A stretch of 64,000 bases of DNA from Candidatus Bipolaricaulota bacterium (GCA_035528115.1 DATKZF010000003.1:487089-551088), one strand, 5' to 3'. Positions 46,641 to 56,368 are shown, counted from the stretch's first letter. Notes: a model not told the origin generated them from the sequence alone. Program-made: numbers and translations.

Positions 46641-47741
46641 ATGAAAAAATGCATCGAAGGCTCCGAGGCCATAGCCGAAACAATCAAACTCTGCCGGCCG
46701 GAAGTGGTGGCTGTTTTTCCGATTACGCCGCAGACTCATATAATAGAGCATTTGGCTCAATATAAAGCGGACGGAGACGCTGATTATGAATATATCAGAG
46801 CGGAGAGCGAGTTTTCCGCGGCTTCCATTATTTTGGGCGCGGCCGCCATGGGCTCCCGCGTTTACACGGCTTCCAGTTCGCAAGGACTGCTTTTGATGAC
46901 TGAGGTGATTTACAATATCGCGGGCATGCGTTTACCCGTGGTCATGACCGCGGCCAACAGAGCCATTTCGGCGCCGCTGAACATTTGGAATGATCAACAA
47001 GATGTCATGCCGTTTCGGGACGCGGGTTGGCTGATGCTTTTCGCGGAAGACAATCAGGAAGCGGTTGATTTTCATTTGATGGCTTATAAAATAGCGGAAA
47101 GATTTTCTTTGCCGGCCATGGTTTGCGTGGACGGCTTCGTATTAACGCATACCTTTGAAACCGTTGATTTGCCTTCAAGCGCTGAGGTTAAAAAATTTTT
47201 GCCGCGATTTTCTCCGAAAAAAAATTCGGCTTTGGACGTGATTCGGCCGGTAAGTTTGGGGTGTTTTGCCACGCCGGACGATTATCAGGAAATCAGACTG
47301 GAATTGCACGAAGATTTATTGAAAACAAAAGAAGCTTTTTTATCGGAAGCCGTAAAATTCAAACAGATTTTCGGCCGACAATTGAATGTCTGTCAGTATT
47401 ACGGCCCGGCAAACGCGAAGACCGTGATTGTTTCCATGGGTTCGGTTTTGGGCACCATAAAAGAAGCGGTTGATGAGCTGAATAAAAAAAGCGGCCAAGT
47501 CGGCGTTTTGAAAATTACCATGTTTCGGCCTTTCCCGGAAAAAGAAATTTTTGATATTTTAAAAAACAGAAAAAAAGTCATTGTTTTGGACAAGTCGATT
47601 TCTCTCGGTCGCGGCGGAATTTTATTCAATGAAATCAAACAATGTTTGTCAGGATCAAAGGTTGAAGTGAAGGGAGTCGTGGAGGGATTGGGAGGCAGAG
47701 ATGTGACCATGGGATTTGTTTCTGAGCTTGTAGCTTTTTAG
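46641..47741 (+). CDS. porA: 2-oxoacid:ferredoxin oxidoreductase alpha subunit
   Basis: N-terminal GSEAIAE...CRPEVVAVFPITPQT and the domain order of POR alpha. Confidence 0.85.
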   Translation: MKKCIEGSEAIAETIKLCRPEVVAVFPITPQTHIIEHLAQYKADGDADYEYIRAESEFSAASIILGAAAMGSRVYTASSSQGLLLMTEVIYNIAGMRLPVVMTAANRAISAPLNIWNDQQDVMPFRDAGWLMLFAEDNQEAVDFHLMAYKIAERFSLPAMVCVDGFVLTHTFETVDLPSSAEVKKFLPRFSPKKNSALDVIRPVSLGCFATPDDYQEIRLELHEDLLKTKEAFLSEAVKFKQIFGRQLNVCQYYGPANAKTVIVSMGSVLGTIKEAVDELNKKSGQVGVLKITMFRPFPEKEIFDILKNRKKVIVLDKSISLGRGGILFNEIKQCLSGSKVEVKGVVEGLGGRDVTMGFVSELVAF

Positions 47742-48157
47742 CTTGTAGGTTGTAGGTGGCAAAATATGGAAAAACAAGTAATAAACAGTTATAAGGATTT
47801 GATTGTTTGGCAGAAAGCCATGGACTTGGTGGTTGCCGTTTATAAGCTTACGGATAAGTTCCCAAGAGAAGAAGCGTACGGGCTTACTTCTCAGATGCGA
47901 CGCAGCTCCATTTCCATTCCTTCAAATATTGCGGAAGGAAGAAGGCGCGGAACAAGAAGAGAGTACAGGCACTTCTTAATTGTCGCGTATTCATCGGGAG
48001 CTGAGCTTGAAACTCAACTTGAAATCGCGAAAAGATTAAATTTTTCGGAAGATATCGTTTATAATGTCGCTGCTGATTTATTAGAGGAGATTATGAAAAT
48101 ATTAAATTCAATGACGTCGTCGCTTTATGTCTAAAGCCACCTAATCAGCTAACAAGC
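47741..48157. mobile_element. Cassette bounded by imperfect inverted repeats GCTTGTAGGTTGTAGGTGGC (left) and GCCACCTAATCAGCTAACAAGC (right) carrying a four-helix-bundle gene, inserted between porA and porB
   Basis: The outer 6 bp (GCTTGT) and inner 8 bp (TAGGTGGC) of the two arms are perfect reverse complements. An empty abutting-palindrome version is at 45979-46040. Confidence 0.55.
47766..48134 (+). CDS. Four-helix-bundle protein (TIGR02436, the 23S rRNA intervening sequence protein family)
   Basis: YKDLIVWQKAMDLVVAVYKLTDKFPREEAYGLTSQMRRSSISIPSNIAEG...GAELETQL matches the family consensus closely. Confidence 0.7.
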   Translation: MEKQVINSYKDLIVWQKAMDLVVAVYKLTDKFPREEAYGLTSQMRRSSISIPSNIAEGRRRGTRREYRHFLIVAYSSGAELETQLEIAKRLNFSEDIVYNVAADLLEEIMKILNSMTSSLYV

Positions 48158-48162
48158 TCATT

Positions 48163-50613
48163 ATGAAAATAAAAAAAACAACTCTCGCCATATTATTACT
48201 GGTCATCATGTCCGCGATGTTTGGATTTTCGGAGTTGGCCAAAGCCGCCGACTTGCGCGAAGCCATTCCGAATTTGAAAATTTCCATTCCCACTTTGCAG
48301 GAAGGGTTCCAACAGCCGGTGGTGATCAGCAAATGTCCCAAGGACAAACCCAATTGCGCGCCAAACGAGAAGCAGGCGTTCGCTTCGATTCCGTGGATCG
48401 CGCAGTATGTCAGCGCCATTTACAAATACGCGCTCGGTCTGGCCGCGATAATGGCCACGATTTCCGTGATGATCGGCGGCGTCTTGTACCTGACATCGGC
48501 AGGCAATCCTCAGCGCATCGGCACGGCTAAAAACATGATTATCGGCGCCATCTCGGGCATGGCCATTATTATTTTTTCTTATGTCTTTTTAAATTTGATC
48601 AATCCTGAACTGGTGAAATTAAGCCCGATCGAAATACAAACCGTGCTCGAAGAGCAGCTGGCCACGGGTCAAAGTTGCAGCAGTTTGGGTGGACAATTTT
48701 TAGTGCAGGTCGGCGCTGAAACGACCGATCCCAGTAACGCTTCCAATCACAGTAAATATTTGTGCGGCTCTTATTATCCGGTGTCCGTGGCCGCGGGCGC
48801 GGCCGGTTCGGCCGGAGGATCATGTCTCGGAGATTTTTGTCCGACCGGCAGTTGCGTTGAATTTGAAGGCAATACCCAGTGCGTTAACGCGCTTTTTTAC
48901 GGAACCATCAAGAGAACGGGTTTGGGCAGAATTATTGATAAAATAACCTTGATGGGAATAACTTCGGATAATGAAGTGGTGACGATTAAAGAATATCCGA
49001 TCAGCGGCACGGATTCATATATTATTCCGTTGACCGGAGATATCGACGCCAAGGTCAGAAACGCGCAAAAATTTTTCTTTTTGATTGAAATCAATGATAC
49101 CGACAATTGGGCGTATTGGGCGAAATTCCAAGCCACCAAAAATCAAAGCTTAATGGATTTGATCGGAGACAGAATTGCCGGAGCCTTTACCCCTACATGG
49201 GATGATGACGTTCCCGCTGTCAGAAGCTATAAAGATTCCAATAAGGCGATATTGGGCACGGCTCTGCCCATTCCCGTAGAACTTAGTCAGGCTCTGGGCA
49301 AAGCTTGCGAGACTTGCAGGGTTTTTGAAAGAGATCCGGAGACCTGGCAGCACTGGACGGCAAAGCCGTTTTGCAAGTTTTGGACGGCCGAAGAAGTGCT
49401 GGGCATCATTGGGGCAAACGGCGGACTGGGCATCAGAGTGAATTTCGACACGGATGATTTCCCTGAAGATTATACGAAGGTTGAAGCGGATGAATTGGCT
49501 ATTTACAACACCATGCCTTGCGGGCCGATCTATGGCTGCGATTTGAAATACGAAGAAAATAGCGCATATACGCAGTATGATCCGAAAAAAACCAAAGCCG
49601 AATGCGAAGCAGCCGCGAAATCGTCAGCCGGTCAGACTGTCGGCGGCGGTTCTTGTCAAATAAACGAGGTCTGGACCACCAAAAATGATCCTGACGGCAA
49701 TCCATTGGTTTGCCTGCCGGCGGGCGGTGTGGGTCAATATGAATGGTCCGGCGGCAAGGAAGGAGAGGCCATTGATAACTCTAACCTGGTTAATCCAAAA
49801 GATGTGCAACATTTTGGCGTGGAATTGCATAGTCGATATGCGAGTCTTGGCACTCAATTACCGACCGTGTCTTGCGTTGACGGCACCAAACCGACTTGGT
49901 TGGACGCGCAAGGAGCTTGGGACGCGGTGGGTTGCGAAAAAACTACGGGGGATGTCTATTATTGTTCGGGCAGATGTTTGGGACCGGATAAACAGGTTTC
50001 GTCTACGCCGGGTTCAAAATGCATTGGCGGTGTTTCTTGCTTCCCGTTCAACGGTCAAAAATTGATTTGCAATATGTCATCGCAGACTTGTCAATTCGGC
50101 GTCTGGGGAGATTATTGCGCCAGCGATATTCACTGCGACACTAGTTCCGGCTTTACTTGCAATATGGATCTGAAGGCTTGCGTTAAGAACGGCGCCGGGC
50201 AGCAGTGGCAAGCATGTTCGAGTGATGCTGATTGCGGCGGTTCATTGAAATGCTTATATCCTGCTTATATTGATTCGGATAATGGCGGTTGCGGCACATT
50301 TCCGGAAAGTTTTCCTGAAGCCGCGCGAGGTTCATGGGAAGACGTCAATTATGGTAGCAGCACTAATAATAGAAAAATTTGTTGGGATCCGGCGAAAAAT
50401 AATGACGTAAATGGCCTTTGCGATTGTGAAGCGAATCTTCAATGCGGGTCGGACAATGAGAAATGGTCGGATGCGGAGTTATGTAATACGGACGGTTTGA
50501 ATTATTGCTCTTCGGTTATCGAGGGCGCTAGGTGCGATACGGACAAAGACACGCCGCTGGCCGGAGGATATATTTGCGATGAAAGAAATTATCTAATTAA
50601 AAAAATTCAGTAA
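48163..50613 (+). CDS. Large cysteine-rich extracellular protein with signal peptide and an N-terminal two-helix hydrophobic hairpin resembling a VirB2/TrbC-type pilin module (inference)
   Basis: Signal peptide MKIKKTTLAILLLVIMSAMFG. The hairpin LGLAAIMATISVMIGGVLYLTSAGNPQRIGTAKNMIIGAISGMAIIIFSYVFL is followed by about 650 aa with more than 40 Cys, including repeated C-x-S-D-x-x-C units. The gene sits between porA and porB. Confidence 0.55.
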   Translation: MKIKKTTLAILLLVIMSAMFGFSELAKAADLREAIPNLKISIPTLQEGFQQPVVISKCPKDKPNCAPNEKQAFASIPWIAQYVSAIYKYALGLAAIMATISVMIGGVLYLTSAGNPQRIGTAKNMIIGAISGMAIIIFSYVFLNLINPELVKLSPIEIQTVLEEQLATGQSCSSLGGQFLVQVGAETTDPSNASNHSKYLCGSYYPVSVAAGAAGSAGGSCLGDFCPTGSCVEFEGNTQCVNALFYGTIKRTGLGRIIDKITLMGITSDNEVVTIKEYPISGTDSYIIPLTGDIDAKVRNAQKFFFLIEINDTDNWAYWAKFQATKNQSLMDLIGDRIAGAFTPTWDDDVPAVRSYKDSNKAILGTALPIPVELSQALGKACETCRVFERDPETWQHWTAKPFCKFWTAEEVLGIIGANGGLGIRVNFDTDDFPEDYTKVEADELAIYNTMPCGPIYGCDLKYEENSAYTQYDPKKTKAECEAAAKSSAGQTVGGGSCQINEVWTTKNDPDGNPLVCLPAGGVGQYEWSGGKEGEAIDNSNLVNPKDVQHFGVELHSRYASLGTQLPTVSCVDGTKPTWLDAQGAWDAVGCEKTTGDVYYCSGRCLGPDKQVSSTPGSKCIGGVSCFPFNGQKLICNMSSQTCQFGVWGDYCASDIHCDTSSGFTCNMDLKACVKNGAGQQWQACSSDADCGGSLKCLYPAYIDSDNGGCGTFPESFPEAARGSWEDVNYGSSTNNRKICWDPAKNNDVNGLCDCEANLQCGSDNEKWSDAELCNTDGLNYCSSVIEGARCDTDKDTPLAGGYICDERNYLIKKIQ

Positions 50614-50615
50614 TT

Positions 50616-51530
50616 ATGACAGCCAATAATTCATACCATTCTCCATTTCAACACCTGATCAATCCCGGCCACACGGCTTGCGCGGGTTGCGGTTTGATGG
50701 TGGCCATGATTAATGTTCTCGACGCGCTCGGGCCGAACACCATTGTGGTCGGAGCCACGGGTTGCAGCGAAGTGACCACCAGCAAATATCCGCAAAGCGC
50801 ATTTAAGGTGCCCTGGATTCATTCGGTTTTCGAAAATCCGGCGGCCGTGGCCACGGGCATTGAGGCTGTTTTGAAAAAAAGAGGTCAAGATAAAGACATT
50901 AATGTGTTGGCTTGGGGAGGGGATGGCGCCATTTTTGATATTGGCATCGGTTTTATTTCCGCCGCATGGGAGAGGCGGGAAAATTTTTTGCTGGTGTGCC
51001 TCGACAATGAGGCATACATGAACACGGGCATTCAGTCCAGCGGCGCCACGCCGCTTGACGCTTATACCATGACCACGCCGTCCGGCGAAAAATCCTGCGG
51101 CAATGCGAATTTGAAAAAAGACATGATCAGGATCGCTTTGGCGCATGACGTAGCGTACGCGGCCACGGCCACCATCGGCGATTTGACCGATTTGACCAAT
51201 AAAGTTAAAAAAGCGGCGAAAATAAAAGGGCCGAAATACATTCAGGTTTTAACGACCTGCATTCCCGGCTGGAACGTGGAGCCGAAATTGTCGATCAATT
51301 TGGCCAGGCTGGCTCAGCAGACGGGCATTTATCCGGTTCTCGAATATGAATACGGTAAATTAACCAATGTGAAAAAAGTGGCCAAGGATCGGCCGAGAGT
51401 GGAAGAATATTTGAAGCCGCAGGGCAGGTTCAAGCATTTGTTTTCCAAAAGCGGCAAGTGCCAGAGCGGCATTGAAGCGATTCAAACGTTGGCGGATGAG
51501 AATGTGGAAAAGTACGGGTTGTTGAAATAA
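50616..51530 (+). CDS. porB: 2-oxoacid:ferredoxin oxidoreductase beta subunit (TPP-binding)
   Basis: CAGCGLMVA..., GCSEVTT and GDG TPP-binding patterns; starts 3 nt after the preceding gene. Confidence 0.85.
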   Translation: MTANNSYHSPFQHLINPGHTACAGCGLMVAMINVLDALGPNTIVVGATGCSEVTTSKYPQSAFKVPWIHSVFENPAAVATGIEAVLKKRGQDKDINVLAWGGDGAIFDIGIGFISAAWERRENFLLVCLDNEAYMNTGIQSSGATPLDAYTMTTPSGEKSCGNANLKKDMIRIALAHDVAYAATATIGDLTDLTNKVKKAAKIKGPKYIQVLTTCIPGWNVEPKLSINLARLAQQTGIYPVLEYEYGKLTNVKKVAKDRPRVEEYLKPQGRFKHLFSKSGKCQSGIEAIQTLADENVEKYGLLK

Positions 51531-51552
51531 AATAAATTAGGCGGCGGCCGCG

Positions 51553-51613
51553 AAAACGACGAATGAAAATTCGTCGTTTTATTGTAGAGGCGCGCCGCGG
51601 CGCGTCTCTACAA
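51553..51613 (+). terminator. Two hairpins after porB: AAAACGACGAAT-gaaa-ATTCGTCGTTTT and GTAGAGGCGCGCC-gc-GGCGCGTCTCTAC (AGAGACGCG family)
   Basis: Both are perfect or near-perfect inverted repeats. Confidence 0.65.
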
Positions 51614-51752
51614 TGGCGGCATCGCCGCCCGCGGCCGCCTTTTGACGCCTTTCAAAAATTGTGTTAAACTGATTCGCAAGGTGTTTAACTTCCCGACGAG
51701 AAAAAAAACGAAAAATTTCAAAAAACTTTTCGCCTCACTCGTCGCGTTTTCT

Positions 51753-54629
51753 ATGAGCAAAACCATAAAAATAAAAGGCGCCAGAGTAAACAATTTAAAA
51801 AACATCAGCTTGGAGATTCCCAGAAATAAATTGGTGGTCATCACCGGACTGTCCGGCTCGGGCAAGTCGTCTTTGGCTTTTGACACGATTTACGCGGAAG
51901 GACAAAGACGCTACGTGGAAAGTTTATCGTCTTATGCCCGGCAATTTTTGGATGTGCAGGACAAGCCCGATGTGGATCAGATCGAAGGCCTGTCTCCGGC
52001 GATCGCCATTGATCAAAAATCTTCCTCGAGAAATCCTCGTTCGACCGTGGGCACGATCACGGAAACCTATGATCTTTTGCGTTTGTTGTATTCGAAAATA
52101 GGCATTCCGCATTGTCCCAAATGCGGCCGGGAAGTGTCCCGTCAGACAGTTGAGGAAATAGTCGATAAAATTTGGGATATTGACCATCATTTGAATATTA
52201 TGGTGCTGGCCCCGATCATAAAGGATCAAAAGGGCAAGCATCATAATGTCCTGGAAGAATTGCAAAAAGCCAATTATTATCAAGTCAGATTGGACGGCAT
52301 TGTTTATAATATAGAAGAAGCGCTGGATCTGATCATGGATAAACAAAAAAGGCATACCGTCGAAGCGGTGGTTGATCGAGTCGTTTTAAGCGGCGACAAA
52401 GAAGAAAAAAAACAATTGGCCGAATCCGTGAAAATCGCCCTTGATTTGGGCGACGGGCTGGTGATCATTCAGCGATCGGATAGAGAAGAAGATGAAATAT
52501 TCAGTCAATATTATAATTGTCCCGTTTGCAACATCAGTTTGCCGGAAATCGATTTGAGAAGTTTTTCATTCAATTCTCCGAATGGCGCTTGCGCCGAATG
52601 CAGCGGTCTGGGCATTAAGCAGGAAGTGGATCCGGAATTGGTGATTTCCAATCCGAGATTGACGCTCGCCGAAGGCGCGATCAAGCCATGGACTAAAATA
52701 TTTTCCACGCAAACCACGAATTGGCAATTACTCGAGGCAGTTTCGCAAAAACACAAGTTTTCGCTTAACATTCCGGCCGGCAAGCTGTCTTCAAAAGCCA
52801 AAGAGGTGATTTTATACGGCACGGGCGGAGAATTATATCAGATCGGCAGCAAATCAATGTCGTTTGAAGGAGTGATTCCGTATTTGGAAAACAAATATAA
52901 GATTACGGATTCCGATTATATCAGAAAAGAAATCGAAAAATACATGCGCATGCATATTTGCCCGTCATGCGAGGGCAAAAGGCTAAAACCCGAATCTCTG
53001 GCCATAACGATCGGCGGGTTGAATATTTCGCAGGTGGCTGATTTGCCGATCAGTAAAATAATTTTGTACATCAATGAATTGGTGGACACGGCCGTCAAAA
53101 AAGGCGCTAAGATTTCGGTCAGAGGAAAATTGATCAAAGAAAAAATGGTTGAAAGATCCATCTTTATCGGCAAGCAAATTTTTAAGGAATTAAAGCGGAG
53201 GCTCGGTTTTATCGAAGACGTGGGTTTGAGCTATTTGACTTTGGATCGCAGCGCGAACACTTTGTCCGGCGGCGAAGCCCAGCGCATCAGGCTGGCCACT
53301 CAGATGGGCGCCAAACTCGCGGAAGTCGTGTATGTGTTGGATGAACCGACCATCGGTTTGCATCAAGCGGACATTCATAAATTAATCGGCACGCTTTTGG
53401 AATTAAAAGCGCAGGATAATACGGTGATTGTGGTCGAACATGATGAAACCACCATGATGGCGGCTGATCAGATAATCGATATCGGACCCGGCGCCGGCGT
53501 GGGCGGCGGGGAAGTGGTCGCTCAGGGCACGCCCGAGCAGATAAAAAAGAATCCGAAATCTTTGACCGGCAAATATTTGTCGGGCAAGCTTAAAATCGAA
53601 ACATTGAAAATCGATCGCCGAAAAAGAGGCAATGGCAAGAAAATTTCGATCAAAGGCGCGACCGCCAATAATTTAAAAAACATCAACGTTGACATTCCGC
53701 TCGGCAAGTTCGTCTGCATCACCGGCGTTTCCGGTTCGGGCAAATCCACTTTGATGAGCGATATTTTGTCCAAAGCCCTGGCCAAAACGTTTTATCGCTC
53801 CAAGGAAATGCCGGGCGAGCATAAGAAAATAGAAGGCATTCAATATTTGGACAAAGTCATTACCATCGACCAATCGCCGATCGGCCGCACGCCGAGGTCA
53901 AACCCCGCGACCTATACCGGTTTATTCACTTATATTCGAGATTTGTTCACTCAAATGCCGGAAGCGAAAATTAAAGGTTTTGACGCGGGCAGATTCAGCT
54001 TCAATGTCAAAGGCGGCCGGTGCGAAGCTTGCGGCGGCGATGGACTGGTTAAAATAGAGATGCAGTTTTTGCCCGATGTTTACGTGATTTGCGAAGAATG
54101 CAAAGGGAAAAGATATAATAAAGAGACTCTTGAAATTCATTATCGCGGCAAAAATATTTCCGATGTTTTAGACATGACCGTTTCTCAAGCCAAGGAATTT
54201 TTTCAAGACATTCCGATTTTAAATGAAAAGTTGTCAGTGCTCGAAGAAGTCGGTTTGGGATATTTGACGCTCGGTCAGCCGGCCACCACTTTATCCGGCG
54301 GCGAAGCGCAAAGAATCAAATTGGCCACGGAATTATCGAGATATTCCACAGGCAAAACATTGTATATTCTGGACGAGCCCACCACCGGACTTCATTTCGA
54401 CGATATCAATCGTTTGTTATTGATCTTGAATAAGCTGGTTGACAAAGGCAACTCGGTTTTAATCGTGGAGCATAATTTGGATGTCATCAGGCAATCGGAT
54501 TGGGTGATAGATTTGGGACCCGAAGGAGGAGAAGAAGGCGGCTACTTGGTGGCCGAGGGTTCTCCCGATCAGGTGGCCAAGGTTAAAAAATCCGTGACCG
54601 GGCAGTATTTGAAGAAAATGAGAGACTGA
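51753..54629 (+). CDS. uvrA: Excinuclease ABC subunit A
   Basis: Two ABC ATPase modules (GLSGSGKSSL, GVSGSGKSTL), zinc-finger CxxC pairs and LSGGEAQR signature motifs. The start is at MSKTIKIKGARVNNLKN. The ORF ends with TGA at the expected C-terminus (TGQYLKKMRD). Confidence 0.95.
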   Translation: MSKTIKIKGARVNNLKNISLEIPRNKLVVITGLSGSGKSSLAFDTIYAEGQRRYVESLSSYARQFLDVQDKPDVDQIEGLSPAIAIDQKSSSRNPRSTVGTITETYDLLRLLYSKIGIPHCPKCGREVSRQTVEEIVDKIWDIDHHLNIMVLAPIIKDQKGKHHNVLEELQKANYYQVRLDGIVYNIEEALDLIMDKQKRHTVEAVVDRVVLSGDKEEKKQLAESVKIALDLGDGLVIIQRSDREEDEIFSQYYNCPVCNISLPEIDLRSFSFNSPNGACAECSGLGIKQEVDPELVISNPRLTLAEGAIKPWTKIFSTQTTNWQLLEAVSQKHKFSLNIPAGKLSSKAKEVILYGTGGELYQIGSKSMSFEGVIPYLENKYKITDSDYIRKEIEKYMRMHICPSCEGKRLKPESLAITIGGLNISQVADLPISKIILYINELVDTAVKKGAKISVRGKLIKEKMVERSIFIGKQIFKELKRRLGFIEDVGLSYLTLDRSANTLSGGEAQRIRLATQMGAKLAEVVYVLDEPTIGLHQADIHKLIGTLLELKAQDNTVIVVEHDETTMMAADQIIDIGPGAGVGGGEVVAQGTPEQIKKNPKSLTGKYLSGKLKIETLKIDRRKRGNGKKISIKGATANNLKNINVDIPLGKFVCITGVSGSGKSTLMSDILSKALAKTFYRSKEMPGEHKKIEGIQYLDKVITIDQSPIGRTPRSNPATYTGLFTYIRDLFTQMPEAKIKGFDAGRFSFNVKGGRCEACGGDGLVKIEMQFLPDVYVICEECKGKRYNKETLEIHYRGKNISDVLDMTVSQAKEFFQDIPILNEKLSVLEEVGLGYLTLGQPATTLSGGEAQRIKLATELSRYSTGKTLYILDEPTTGLHFDDINRLLLILNKLVDKGNSVLIVEHNLDVIRQSDWVIDLGPEGGEEGGYLVAEGSPDQVAKVKKSVTGQYLKKMRD

Positions 54630-54783
54630 TTAATGATTATTCGCAGCCATTTGTGGCAAACCCATAAACCAAAAACCAAGGCAAGCCATTCAGACGCTAT
54701 GATTTGTAATGTGTTTGTAATAAATATGACGCTAAGGCTAGCTAAGTAGCCGCAATAATTCGTAACGTGTTTGTAACGTATTT

Positions 54784-54812
54784 AAAAAGCTGTCTATGTT
54801 TAGACAGCTTTT
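54784..54812. terminator. Bidirectional hairpin AAAAGCTGTCTA-tgtt-TAGACAGCTTTT
   Basis: Perfect 12-bp stem between convergent uvrA and the REC gene. Confidence 0.7.
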
Positions 54813-55255
54813 TTCGTGGTTTTCCTTTTTTTCGAGAAAAGGCTTATGATCAAATCGATCAATCTTGCCGGACGCAGGGGCTTGTCGATGTAAGCGTCGG
54901 GCTCAAACAGCGGCGAGGTCAGAGCATTGATGTCCGGTCCAATGCCGGTCATGATGATGATCACCGGAGTTTGTCCATCCTTTTTTTCTTCCAGACGGAT
55001 GTTCTTGCATGCCTCCCAGCCGTTCATGGCGGGCATCATCACGTCCAGAAGGACGATATCCGGACAATGCTCGCGGTAGAGTGTTACCGCTTCGCATCCG
55101 TCGGCAGCTTTGAGCAGCTCTGCCTCGGGGAAGGCGCGACTAAAGATGGTTCCCATCATGTCTACCAGAAATTGGTCATCGTCAGCCACCAGGATGCTGG
55201 CGGGAATTGCTCCGGCGACAACCCTTTGTACCCATTTTATTTTCGGATCTCCCAT
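54800..55255 (-). CDS. Stand-alone response-regulator receiver (CheY-like REC) domain protein
   Basis: ILVADDD...LLDVMMPAMNGWE...IIMTG REC motifs with the phospho-acceptor Asp; no output domain, and no kinase in the window. GC-rich codons. Confidence 0.7.
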   Translation of the reverse strand: MGDPKIKWVQRVVAGAIPASILVADDDQFLVDMMGTIFSRAFPEAELLKAADGCEAVTLYREHCPDIVLLDVMMPAMNGWEACKNIRLEEKKDGQTPVIIIMTGIGPDINALTSPLFEPDAYIDKPLRPARLIDLIISLFSKKRKTTKKAV

Positions 55256-55337
55256 GCCGCCACCTCCTTGTTTTTTGGGGACGATAAAAAGAGCTTATGA
55301 TAAATAAAAAAAATTGGCAAGTCGCCAATTTTTTGAG

Positions 55338-55658
55338 TTATTTGATTTCTCTAAGTCTTTTATGAGTGGTTCTAAGATGCCCAAGTTTCGCCCGCCTGAC
55401 TTTGTATTCTTTGGCTGTCTCTATTTTTTCAATAACCGGTGAATGCAAGGGGAAGATTTTTTCAACTCCGATGCCGTCCGAGACTTTTCTGACCGTGATC
55501 GTGGCTCCGATTTCAGAGCCATGTTTTCTGGCCAAAACCAAGCCTTCAAAAATCTGGACTCTTTCTTTTTCTTCTCCTTTGGGTGTTAACTCTTTGATTC
55601 TTTGATGCACCGCGACCACTTTGCCGGGCTGAACTTCAGGGTAAATATCTTTTTTCAT
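55338..55658 (-). CDS. rplS: 50S ribosomal protein L19
   Basis: 106 aa; IFEGLVLARKHGSEIGATITVRKVSDGIGVEKIFPLHSP matches L19. Confidence 0.9.
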   Translation of the reverse strand: MKKDIYPEVQPGKVVAVHQRIKELTPKGEEKERVQIFEGLVLARKHGSEIGATITVRKVSDGIGVEKIFPLHSPVIEKIETAKEYKVRRAKLGHLRTTHKRLREIK

Positions 55659-55810
55659 AGGGTTACAAATTACGAATGTTTTGTAAAAAGGTTACCAATG
55701 GTTACGAATTTACAAATAATTTTTAGTTTATTATAAATTTTATCTCGTATGCTAAAGCCTGTACATCTTGTAACTAACAGATATGATTTTAGCTTTTTGG
55801 AGAGAAATTG

Positions 55811-56368
55811 TCAAGCATTCTCAAAAATGATTTTTTCGCAGTCTTTGACCGCTTGTTTGAGCTCGTTTTCTTTGTTTTTTACAATGAAATCGGCATGTTT
55901 GGCCATGGCCAGCTCGGCAGGCAGTTGCTCCAATCTTTTTTTCAATTTTTCGGGATCCATATTCCTTTTTTCGATCCTTTTTTTCAAAATTTCCGAGTTG
56001 GGAACCTCAAGGAAAATTTTGATTATGCTCTTTTGTGAAAATTCGTTTTTATCAATGGATAAAGGGTCAATGGTTATCAACGGTGTTTTGCCGGCCTGCC
56101 AAATTTGTTCAATTTCCTTGAGAGCTTTGCCGTAATAATTGCCGTAAACCAAATCCCATTCCAGCAGCGCGTTTTTATCGATCAATTTTTTGAAATCCTT
56201 GACGGAGATAAAATTATACTCGCCCGCTACTTCTTTGGACTTTCTACGAGGCCTGGTGGTGTAAGTCATGGGCCGCGCCAATTCGTCCGGCTGGTTTTTT
56301 AGGAGTTTGTTGACAATGGTTGTTTTTCCCGAGCCTGAAGGGCCGGAAATCAAGATCAATTTTTTCAT
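55811..56368 (-). CDS. gmk: Guanylate kinase
   Basis: P-loop GPSGSGKTT and YTTRPRR motif. Confidence 0.9.
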   Translation of the reverse strand: MKKLILISGPSGSGKTTIVNKLLKNQPDELARPMTYTTRPRRKSKEVAGEYNFISVKDFKKLIDKNALLEWDLVYGNYYGKALKEIEQIWQAGKTPLITIDPLSIDKNEFSQKSIIKIFLEVPNSEILKKRIEKRNMDPEKLKKRLEQLPAELAMAKHADFIVKNKENELKQAVKDCEKIIFENA

